Source: an uncultured bacterium (GTDB lineage Bacteria; Krumholzibacteriota; Krumholzibacteriia; Krumholzibacteriales; Krumholzibacteriaceae). Taken from it: DNA of 64,000 nucleotides. Location: the NCBI GenBank assembly GCA_963786935.1, contig CAWBAN010000003.1, positions 288,001 through 352,000 on the forward strand. The letters are read 5' to 3'. Below are positions 56,650 through 64,000 of this stretch, piece after piece (position 1 is the stretch's first letter; the number at the start of each line of letters is the position of its first letter). A program made the translations under genes and the position numbers. The notes below the pieces were generated by a model. It was not told where the DNA came from and ran no database searches. It was given only the letters and a program-made list of their open reading frames with translations.

Positions 56650-56857
56650 CTCCGTGTCACCTCCGTTGAAGGAAAACCGTCTAACTCACGCATCGATAGG
56701 TAAATATACGCCAAAGCGCCTCGCCTGCAAGGGAAAAAGAGATTTTTCGAAGGGAAGTCTCCGAAACGCGTTTTTTTCCTTTTTCCTTGTTTCCTCTCTT
56801 TGATAAGATGAAGCAACGGGGTTCCTGGGAAATGTCTTTAGCTACAAAGGAATGGCT

Positions 56858-57742
56858 ATGCCGAAAGAGCTAAAGTACGATCATGTAGATGTTTTCACGG
56901 ACAAGCCCCTCGGCGGAAACCAGCTTGCCGTCTTCCACGCTCCGGGACAGCTGACGGCGAATCAGATGCTCGCGGTCGCGAGAGAAATCAATTTTTCGGA
57001 GACGACATTCGTCTATCCCGCAAAGGCCGCCGGTACGGACGCACGCGTGCGGATTTTTACTCCGTCGGAGGAGATACCGTTCGCCGGGCATCCCGCGATC
57101 GGCACCGCATTCGTGATCGCGTCGCGCTCGAGAAAGAAACTCGAGCGGCTCTCGCTCGAGCTCGGCGTCGGTCCGATCGCGATCGACATCGAGTACAAGG
57201 GAAAGAAGATCCACTCGCTCGCGATGCATCAGCCGGTTCCCGTGTTCGGCTCGGCGCTCCAGAACCGCGAGCAGGCCGCGCGGGCCTTCGGCGTGACCAT
57301 CGACGACATCCTCGGCGGCGGCGTGGTCTCGAACGGCCTCGATTTTCTCATCGTCGAAGCGACGACCCTGCAGGCGGTCCAGAACGCCCACTGCAACATC
57401 GAGGACGCGATCAAGGTGATCAAGCGCCACAACGTCCACGCGATCTATATCTTCGCGCGCCTGCAGGGAAAGGGGCCGAACGTCCGCGCGCGGCTCTTCA
57501 CGCCGAATTCGCCCGTCGTCGAGGATCCGGCGACCGGCTCCGCGGCGGGGGCCCTCGGCGGCTATCTCGCGCGGATTCTCAAGTTCCCCATGAAGCTTCG
57601 TCTCGTCGTGGAGCAGGGGATCGAGATGCAGCGGCCGAGCCTGATCACCGTCGATGTCAACTCGGAGCGCGGGACGATCGAGGGAGTCACCGTATCGGGG
57701 AAGGTCGTCGCGGTCGGCGATGGCGTCGTGCGGCTGCCCTGA
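56858..57742 (+). CDS. PhzF-family isomerase
   Basis: VDVFT...GGNQLAV, NFSETTF, EIPFAGHP, EDPATGSA. Confidence 0.92.
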   Translation: MPKELKYDHVDVFTDKPLGGNQLAVFHAPGQLTANQMLAVAREINFSETTFVYPAKAAGTDARVRIFTPSEEIPFAGHPAIGTAFVIASRSRKKLERLSLELGVGPIAIDIEYKGKKIHSLAMHQPVPVFGSALQNREQAARAFGVTIDDILGGGVVSNGLDFLIVEATTLQAVQNAHCNIEDAIKVIKRHNVHAIYIFARLQGKGPNVRARLFTPNSPVVEDPATGSAAGALGGYLARILKFPMKLRLVVEQGIEMQRPSLITVDVNSERGTIEGVTVSGKVVAVGDGVVRLP

Positions 57743-57820
57743 CGGTGCGATGGTATCCGCCGGCGGATCCGCCCGAAGAATTCGGTACTATTCCGGCGGT
57801 GGGCGTGCTATACTGACGCC

Positions 57821-57894
57821 GCATTTGAACCGGAAAAAGTTCTGAGGAAGGCGGCCCGCGTGACCCCTTCATTTGGATCCTTTTTCCGGTTTTT
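57821..57894 (+). ncRNA. Candidate small hairpin RNA
   Basis: Extended -10 TGCTATACT (57806-57814) with no ORF behind it; perfect 12-bp stem 57828-57839/57880-57891, inner GAAGG/CCTTC stem, T-run at end. Confidence 0.35.
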
Positions 57895-57912
57895 CGTTAG
57901 TGGTGCGCGGGG

Positions 57913-57982
57913 GACGCGGACAGTCCCGCGCCTGGTCCAGTCGCAGAGCCTCCAATGGACCCGGAGCGGGACTGTCCGCGTC
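57913..57982. repeat. Long inverted repeat (17-bp perfect stem + inner 6-bp stem) after the S9 peptidase stop
   Basis: GACGCGGACAGTCCCGC / GCGGGACTGTCCGCGTC; inner GGTCCA/TGGACC. Confidence 0.8.
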
Positions 57983-57996
57983 GTTCGCCCGCCTCT

Positions 57997-60039
57997 CTAC
58001 TTTAGGTATGCGGCGAACCACTCGTGCAGCGTTTTCCACCAGAGCTCGGCGTTCCGCGGCTTCAGCACGAAATGCCCCTCATCGGGGAAATAGAGGAGCT
58101 TCGACGGCACGCCCTGCCGCTGGAGCGCCGTGAAGAACTGGAGCCCTTCGGCGAAGGGGACGCGGAAATCCTGCTCGCCGTGGACGACGAGGCACGGCGT
58201 CTTGAAATTCGCGGCGAACCGGTGCGGCGACCATTTCGCGTACATCTCCGGATTCGTCCACGGCGTCCCGGCGAACTCCCACTCGGGAAACCACAGCTCT
58301 TCCGTCGCTCCGTACATGCTCTCGAGGTTGTAGACGCCGTCGTGCGAGACGAGGCACCGGAAATCGCCGTCCGTGTGCCCCTCGATCCAGTTGACCATGT
58401 ATCCGCCGTAGGACGCCCCCGCCGCCGCGACGCGCGAGGCGTCGACGAAGGGGAGCGACTTCAAGAAGGCCACCCCCTTCATGATGTCCTCGAACGGCGC
58501 GCCTCCCCAATCCCCGCTGATCTCGTCGGTGAACGCCTGGCCGTAGCCGGTGCTTCCGTGCGGATTGACCATCGCCACGACGTATCCGGGCGCGGCGAAC
58601 ATCTGCGAGTTCCAGCGGTAATGGAAATCGTCCCCGAACGATCCCTGCGGACCGCCGTGGATGAGGAGGATGAGCGGATACTTCTTTCCCTCCTCGAAGA
58701 AAGGAGGTTTCACGAGGTAGCAGTGAATCTTCGCGCCGAGCGCGCCGTCGTACCAGTATTCCTCGATCGCGCTCATCGCGAGGCCGGCGAGCGCCTCGGC
58801 GTTGATCGCGGTGAGCGGCGCGACGTCTTTTCCTTTCGCCGTCGCCCGGTAGAGCTCGACGGGGCTCGTCGCGCTCTGCCGCGCGAAGACGATGTGCGTG
58901 CCGTTCGGGGTCAGCGCGAAGCGCGTATCGTAGCCGCCGCGGATGACGAATGCGGCGTCTTCCCCCTTCGTCGAAACCTTCCCGATCGCGCGCCGCCCGC
59001 GGTCCTCGACCGAGAAATAGAGCGTCTTCGAGTCGCCGCTCCACGAGAAATCGTCGATCGCGTAATCGAAGCTCTCCGTGAGGTTCGTCGCGGTCCGCGT
59101 CTTCCGGTCGTAGAGCATGAGGCGCGAGCGGTCGGCCTCGAAGCCCGCCCGCGGCATCGAGCGGTACGCGATGTAGCGCCCGTCGGGAGAGTAGCGGGGG
59201 CTGTTGTCGTTCCCGCGGCCGGACGCCGTGATCGAAACGGGGGCGCCGCCGGGGACGCTCACGACGTAGAGGTCGTTGTTCGTCGACGCGGCGGGGAGCG
59301 GATCGGGATTCATGACGAAGCAAAGCTCGCGTCCGTCGGGCGAGAAATCGATGTCGCGGTCGCCGCCGAGCGCGATGGGCGGCACGTCGGTGCGTCCCGT
59401 GTTCAACGCGACGAGGGAGGATCCCTCGAAGTCGGTGAGGAAGAGGTGGCTCCATTTCCCGTTCCGCCAGCTGTTCCAGTGGCGGAAGAGGAGATGGTCG
59501 ACGAGGCGCCCCTTCACCGCGGCGCCCTTCGCGTCGGCGAGCGTCTTCTCGTTGCACGGCATGTCGGCGCATTCGGGATAGACGCTCGAGGTGACGGCGA
59601 TCGAGCGGCCGTCCGGCGAGAGCACGAAGCTCGATATGCCCGTCGGGATCGCGGTGATTTTCTTCGCCTCGCCGCCGCCGGCCGGGATGATCCACACCTG
59701 CGACGTGCCGTCGCGGTCGGAAAGGAACGCGAGACCGGCGCCGTCGGCCGTCCACGCCGGCGAGGAGTCGTCGTCGTCGCTCCGCACGAACGCCCGCGGC
59801 GCTCCCCCAGCGACCGGGACGAGCCAGATGTCGGTGTTCGAAGAGTTGGCGTTCTTGTCGAACCGCGTGAGCTCGAATGCGACGAGCTTCCCGTCGGGGG
59901 AAACGGCGAAGGCGCCGATCCTCCCGAACGAGATGAGGTCGTCGAAGGTGATCGGGCGTTGATTGGCCTGGGGCGCCGCGCCCGCGGCCGCCGCGACGGC
60001 GAACGAGAGAATGACGATCGCTGCGAGGATGGATTTCAT
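57997..60039 (-). CDS. S9-family peptidase (acylaminoacyl/dipeptidyl aminopeptidase) with beta-propeller
   Basis: Signal peptide; SPDG repeats; IHGGPQ, GASYGG, DFRVP, DEGH. Confidence 0.93.
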   Translation of the reverse strand: MKSILAAIVILSFAVAAAAGAAPQANQRPITFDDLISFGRIGAFAVSPDGKLVAFELTRFDKNANSSNTDIWLVPVAGGAPRAFVRSDDDDSSPAWTADGAGLAFLSDRDGTSQVWIIPAGGGEAKKITAIPTGISSFVLSPDGRSIAVTSSVYPECADMPCNEKTLADAKGAAVKGRLVDHLLFRHWNSWRNGKWSHLFLTDFEGSSLVALNTGRTDVPPIALGGDRDIDFSPDGRELCFVMNPDPLPAASTNNDLYVVSVPGGAPVSITASGRGNDNSPRYSPDGRYIAYRSMPRAGFEADRSRLMLYDRKTRTATNLTESFDYAIDDFSWSGDSKTLYFSVEDRGRRAIGKVSTKGEDAAFVIRGGYDTRFALTPNGTHIVFARQSATSPVELYRATAKGKDVAPLTAINAEALAGLAMSAIEEYWYDGALGAKIHCYLVKPPFFEEGKKYPLILLIHGGPQGSFGDDFHYRWNSQMFAAPGYVVAMVNPHGSTGYGQAFTDEISGDWGGAPFEDIMKGVAFLKSLPFVDASRVAAAGASYGGYMVNWIEGHTDGDFRCLVSHDGVYNLESMYGATEELWFPEWEFAGTPWTNPEMYAKWSPHRFAANFKTPCLVVHGEQDFRVPFAEGLQFFTALQRQGVPSKLLYFPDEGHFVLKPRNAELWWKTLHEWFAAYLK

Positions 60040-60243
60040 GGTGCCCCCCTGTAGCGACTAACCGGTACAATGCCGGAAACCTTTCCGGCCGTCGAAACGT
60101 AGATGCATTCTAGAGAAGGGAATTCACGGAAGCAATCGAATAAAGACCGGCATCTCGCGCCGAGCGGCGCCGCGCGATCCCCGTTGCGTCTCCGCCGGAT
60201 GTCTGAGAGAATGGCCCCGCGTCCGCATTCCGGGAGGGAATCG

Positions 60244-61161
60244 ATGATCGAGGTTCGCAATCTCGTCAAATCGTTCGGGGATATCCAGGCGCTCGCCGGC
60301 GTCGACTTCACCGTCAAGGAGGGGGAGATCTTCGGGCTCCTCGGCCCGAACGGCGCGGGCAAGACGACATCCATCTCCATCATCGCGGGGCTCCTCGAAG
60401 CGGATTCCGGAACGGTGCGCGTCGCCGGGATGGACATCCGGAAGGACGGGAGCCGCGTCCGGCGGACGCTCGGCGTCGTGCCGCAGGACATCGCCCTCTA
60501 CGAGGATCTGTCGGGCCGCGACAACCTGCTCTTCTGGGGCGGGCTCTACGGGCTTTCGGGCGCGCGGCTCCGCGAGGAGGCCGACCGGGTCCTCGATCTC
60601 GTCGGGCTCGCCGACCGGGCGAAGGATCCGGTGCGCCAGTACTCGGGCGGCATGAAGCGGCGGCTCAACCTGAGCGCCGGGCTCATCCACCGGCCGAAGG
60701 TGATTCTCCTCGACGAGCCGACGCTCGGCATCGATCCCCAGGCGCGGCTCAACATTCTCGACATCATCAGGGACGGCGTGTCGGAAGGCATGACGGCCGT
60801 CTACACGACGCATTACCTCGAAGAGGCGGAGAAGCTCTGCGATCGCATCGCGATCATCGATCACGGGAGGATTCTCGCGCAGGGGACGCTCGCCGAGCTC
60901 GTGAAGCTCGCCGGCGAGGGCAACCTCGTGACGGTGCGCGGATCCTTCACGCGCGAGCAGGCGAGCCCGCTCCTCGCGGGAGTCGCGGCGGAGCATCTCG
61001 AGGACGGCTCGTTCCGGATGCTCGTGCCCGGGCAGAAGGAGCTGAGCGCGGCGCTCGCGCGGCTCTTCGCTGCGGGGCTTCCGATCGCCGAGGTCTCGAT
61101 TCAGGAGCCGAGCCTCGAGGGCGTATTTCTCAAGCTCACGGGCAGAGAGCTGCGGGATTGA
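60244..61161 (+). CDS. ABC-2 exporter ATP-binding protein
   Basis: GPNGAGKT, YSGGMKRR, LLDEPT, TTHY, PSLEGVFLKLTG. Confidence 0.93.
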   Translation: MIEVRNLVKSFGDIQALAGVDFTVKEGEIFGLLGPNGAGKTTSISIIAGLLEADSGTVRVAGMDIRKDGSRVRRTLGVVPQDIALYEDLSGRDNLLFWGGLYGLSGARLREEADRVLDLVGLADRAKDPVRQYSGGMKRRLNLSAGLIHRPKVILLDEPTLGIDPQARLNILDIIRDGVSEGMTAVYTTHYLEEAEKLCDRIAIIDHGRILAQGTLAELVKLAGEGNLVTVRGSFTREQASPLLAGVAAEHLEDGSFRMLVPGQKELSAALARLFAAGLPIAEVSIQEPSLEGVFLKLTGRELRD

Positions 61162-61168
61162 GGCGGGC

Positions 61169-62422
61169 ATGAACGCGGCGTTTCTCATCCTGCGCAACGA
61201 CGTGAAGCGGCGGCTCCGGAGCCCCGTCTCCGTCATCTGCATGTTCCTCATTCCGCTCGGGATCACGCTGCTCATCGGGCTCGTTTTCGGACGGCACGGT
61301 GGCGTGGAGCTCTCCCGTATCAAGGTGCTTCTCGCCGACAGCGACCGGGGAGTCGCCGCCGATTTCCTCAAGCAGGGGATGAAGCGGGGGAAGCTCGCCG
61401 AGCTCATCGACCTCGTCGAGGTCGACCCTGCCGAGGGGCGCGCCCTCATGGACCAGGGAAAGGCGTCGGCGCTCATCGAGATCCCGGCCGGATTCACGAA
61501 CCGGGTTCTCGACGGCGCGTCGGTGGAGATCGCCCTCGTCAAGAATCCGCAGGAGGCGTTCCTCCCCCTCATCGTCGAGGAGATCACCGGGACGATGGCC
61601 GTGCTGATGGACGGCGCGATGCGGATCTTCGCGCGGCCGATCGGAGAGGCGCGGGGGATGCTCACGGCCGGCCGCTGGCCGGCGGCGGGGGAGCTCTCGG
61701 CGCTCCTCGACGAGGCGAGGCCCCGGTTCACGCTCGTGAAGGGATACATCGCGGACACGCTCGTGTCGCTCAAGAGCGAGACGGTCGCCGATCCGGGGGG
61801 CGCCGGGCGGCAGGGCTTCAATTTCTTCGCGCTCATCATGCCCGGGAGCATCCTCGTCGGGCTCCTCTTCATCAGCGAGATCACGATGCGTGACGTGCTC
61901 CGGGAACGGGACGCGGGCACGCTCGCGCGCATCTTTTCGGGTCCCGTCGGGAGCGCCGGCGTGATCGCCGGCAAGATGCTCTCCTCCTTCGCGATCACGC
62001 TCATCGCGTGCGTGCTCCTCATCCTCGTCGGACGCCTCGGATTCGGGATCGCCTGGGGCTCGCCGCTCAAGCTCGCCGTGCACGTCGCCGGCTCGATCCT
62101 CATGTGCGTCGGCATCATGGCCTTCTTCTACGGATTCGTCCGGTCCGAGCGCGCCGCGGACGCCCTGCTCCCCGTCGTCATCATCGTCATCTGCGTGTTC
62201 GGGGGCGCGATGTTCCCCTACGAGATCATGGGCGCGTCGATGCAGAAGGCGGCGAAGCTCTCGCCGGCCTTCTGGGCCATCGACGGGCTGAAACAGATAT
62301 CGATCGCCAAGGCGGGGTGGAGCGGCATCGCGCCGCACCTCGGGATCGTCTACGGACTCGGCGCGGTCACGACGGCCGCGGGGGCCTGGCGGCTCCGCGC
62401 GCGGCTCTGCGGGAGGGGATGA
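61169..62422 (+). CDS. ABC-2 exporter permease
   Basis: N-terminal TM, periplasmic loop IEIPAGFT, RERDAGTLARI, C-terminal TMs. Confidence 0.88.
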   Translation: MNAAFLILRNDVKRRLRSPVSVICMFLIPLGITLLIGLVFGRHGGVELSRIKVLLADSDRGVAADFLKQGMKRGKLAELIDLVEVDPAEGRALMDQGKASALIEIPAGFTNRVLDGASVEIALVKNPQEAFLPLIVEEITGTMAVLMDGAMRIFARPIGEARGMLTAGRWPAAGELSALLDEARPRFTLVKGYIADTLVSLKSETVADPGGAGRQGFNFFALIMPGSILVGLLFISEITMRDVLRERDAGTLARIFSGPVGSAGVIAGKMLSSFAITLIACVLLILVGRLGFGIAWGSPLKLAVHVAGSILMCVGIMAFFYGFVRSERAADALLPVVIIVICVFGGAMFPYEIMGASMQKAAKLSPAFWAIDGLKQISIAKAGWSGIAPHLGIVYGLGAVTTAAGAWRLRARLCGRG

Positions 62423-63660
62423 GACCGATGCGGAACGGTCCCGCGAGGCTCGTCGCCCTCATCGCGGCGAACGATTTCAGGATGACGATGAAGGCCCGGG
62501 GCGTCGCCCTGTGGATCTTCGCGATGCCGATCATATTCATGTTCGCCTTCGGTCTCGCTTTCAGGGACCAGCCGGGCGGCGTCAGGAAGGCGCGGCTCGT
62601 CGTCGCGAACGCCGACACCGGATTCGTGTCACGCGCGCTCGTCGAGGAGCTGCGGGCGGAAACGCTCGAGATCGTCGACAGCCTCGCCGCGGGCGAAAAC
62701 GCGATCCGGACGCTCGTGATCCCCGCGGACTTCACGGCGAACGTGCTCGCGCGCAACGGGGTCGCCCTCGTCCTGCGGAAGGAGTCTGACGCGAACGCCG
62801 AGGCGAACGAAGCCGCGGGAGCGGCGATCGCCCGTGGGCTCATCCGCGTCGTATCGCGATTGATCGAGATCGAGGCGCGCGCCATCGACGCGGGGACGAA
62901 GGGGATCTCGGTCGCCGGGGACAGCCTCGCCGGAAGCCTCCTCGCGGCGACGCGGTCGCGGCCCGGCGCGCTCGATTCCATCCGCGCGGACCTCGATTCG
63001 CTCCGCGCGCGGCCGCAGCTCGTCACGGTGAGCGCGAGCGTCGCGGGGAAGGCGAGGAGCGCCCCGGGGGGATTTCAATCCTCCGTTCCCGGCAACCTCG
63101 TCATGTTCGTGCTCATGTCGATGGTGTTCAGCGGGGCCGTGATCACGGTGGAACGCTCGACGGGGGTCCTCCGGAGGTACGCGTACACGCCCGCCGGAGC
63201 GACGACGATACTGCTCGGCAAGATCTTCGGGAGAATGCTCGTCGCGTTCGTGCAGATCGTGTTTCTGCTGGTCGTCGGAAAGTACGTCTTCCGCATCTCC
63301 CTCGGGTCGAGCCCCGGGGCGCTCGCGCTCCTGCTGGCCGTCTTCGCATTCTGCGTCAGTTCGTTCGGCGTCCTCTTCGGCTCCCTGTTCCGGAGTCCCG
63401 AGCAGGTGTCGGCCGTTTCCATCGTCACGACGCTCGCCATGTCGGCGCTCGGGGGCTGTTGGTGGCCGATCGAGATCGTCCCGCCGTTCTTCAAGGCCGT
63501 CGCGTTCGCCCTGCCGACCGGCTGGGCGATGAACGGGATCCACAAGGTCGTATCCTTCGGGTACGGATTCGGCGCCGTCGCGCCGAACGTGGCGGCGCTC
63601 GTCGCGTTCGGCGTCGTGTTCCTGCTGATCGCTTCCCGGAAACTCAAGCTCGCGGATTGA
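62419..63660 (+). CDS. ABC-2 exporter permease
   Basis: ATGA overlap; VIPADFT, ERSTGVLRR, LGGCWWPIE, LPTGWAM. Confidence 0.88.
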   Translation: MRPMRNGPARLVALIAANDFRMTMKARGVALWIFAMPIIFMFAFGLAFRDQPGGVRKARLVVANADTGFVSRALVEELRAETLEIVDSLAAGENAIRTLVIPADFTANVLARNGVALVLRKESDANAEANEAAGAAIARGLIRVVSRLIEIEARAIDAGTKGISVAGDSLAGSLLAATRSRPGALDSIRADLDSLRARPQLVTVSASVAGKARSAPGGFQSSVPGNLVMFVLMSMVFSGAVITVERSTGVLRRYAYTPAGATTILLGKIFGRMLVAFVQIVFLLVVGKYVFRISLGSSPGALALLLAVFAFCVSSFGVLFGSLFRSPEQVSAVSIVTTLAMSALGGCWWPIEIVPPFFKAVAFALPTGWAMNGIHKVVSFGYGFGAVAPNVAALVAFGVVFLLIASRKLKLAD

Positions 63661-63690
63661 TCCGTGGCCCCGTCGCCGCGTTTCCCGTCG

Positions 63691-63999
63691 CTATGTCTCT
63701 TCGCGCGGCGCCGAGTAGAACGCAGTCCCGCCGACGCGCCGTTCCACGATCGCGCCGGCGGCGAGCAGCCGCCGGACGGCGGATTCGGCGCTCTCCATGC
63801 TCATGCCGAGGGCGCGGTGGAGGTCCTCCACGGTGCACGGCCGCCGCGCGAGGAGCGAGAGGATCGTCTCCTCGAGATTGGACGCCTCGTGGCGGGTTCG
63901 GGCGGTCCGGGCGGAGGCGATGACCTCGCAGCGCGACCCGAACAGATTGCGGATCCGCCGCATCGATATGTCGTCGAGCGGTTCGATCTCCCGTTCGGT
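63691..63999 (-). CDS. C-terminal part of a probable radical SAM protein (5' end outside window)
   Basis: Frame open to window edge; ILSLLARRPCTVEDL...LG winged-helix-like tail; catalytic CxxxCxxC not visible. Confidence 0.5.
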   Translation of the reverse strand, partial: TEREIEPLDDISMRRIRNLFGSRCEVIASARTARTRHEASNLEETILSLLARRPCTVEDLHRALGMSMESAESAVRRLLAAGAIVERRVGGTAFYSAPREET

Positions 64000-64000
64000 C

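Noticed and set aside
1..64000. tRNA, rRNA, CRISPR, IS/integrase, prophage or defence systems
   Set aside because: No recognisable motifs, repeat-spacer periodicity or hallmark proteins found by eye; tRNAscan/Rfam scans would be needed to exclude small RNAs fully.

Overview
High-GC bacterial chromosome segment with about 60 CDSs. Three exported proteins carry an 'NxPNPFNP...SGxYxCRL...KMxLx(R/K)' FlgD-Ig/T9SS-like tail, which suggests an FCB-group candidate lineage such as Krumholzibacteriota or Latescibacterota (inference only). I found no rRNA, tRNA, CRISPR array, integrase, transposase or reverse transcriptase. Recognisable housekeeping content: ettA, oligopeptidase B, lsrF plus a Zn-dehydrogenase, a NikR-regulated nikM/N/Q-O nickel ECF transporter, a PerR-like oxidative-stress operon with rubredoxins and ferritin-like proteins, a partner-switching module, cyclophilin, PhzF, an S9 peptidase and an ABC-2 exporter. 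The most unusual items are: (1) an A/T-richer cassette (~16-24 kb) headed by an orphan, atypical NarL/LuxR regulator and containing a duplicated 172-bp non-coding element; (2) a decayed duplicate of the 3' end of the cysteine hydrolase gene 14.7 kb downstream, bracketing that cassette; (3) a tandem triplet of Cys-rich secreted proteins with a near-invariant dockerin-like tail, next to an ECF sigma factor and a zinc-ribbon anti-sigma; (4) an M16 metallopeptidase-AmpC-type serine hydrolase-TPR fusion; (5) oligopeptidase B with a lipoprotein signal reachable only from a non-ATG start; (6) an RsbW-STAS fusion with an internal RBS; (7) a promoter-plus-hairpin sRNA candidate. All family calls come from motif recognition, not database searches.
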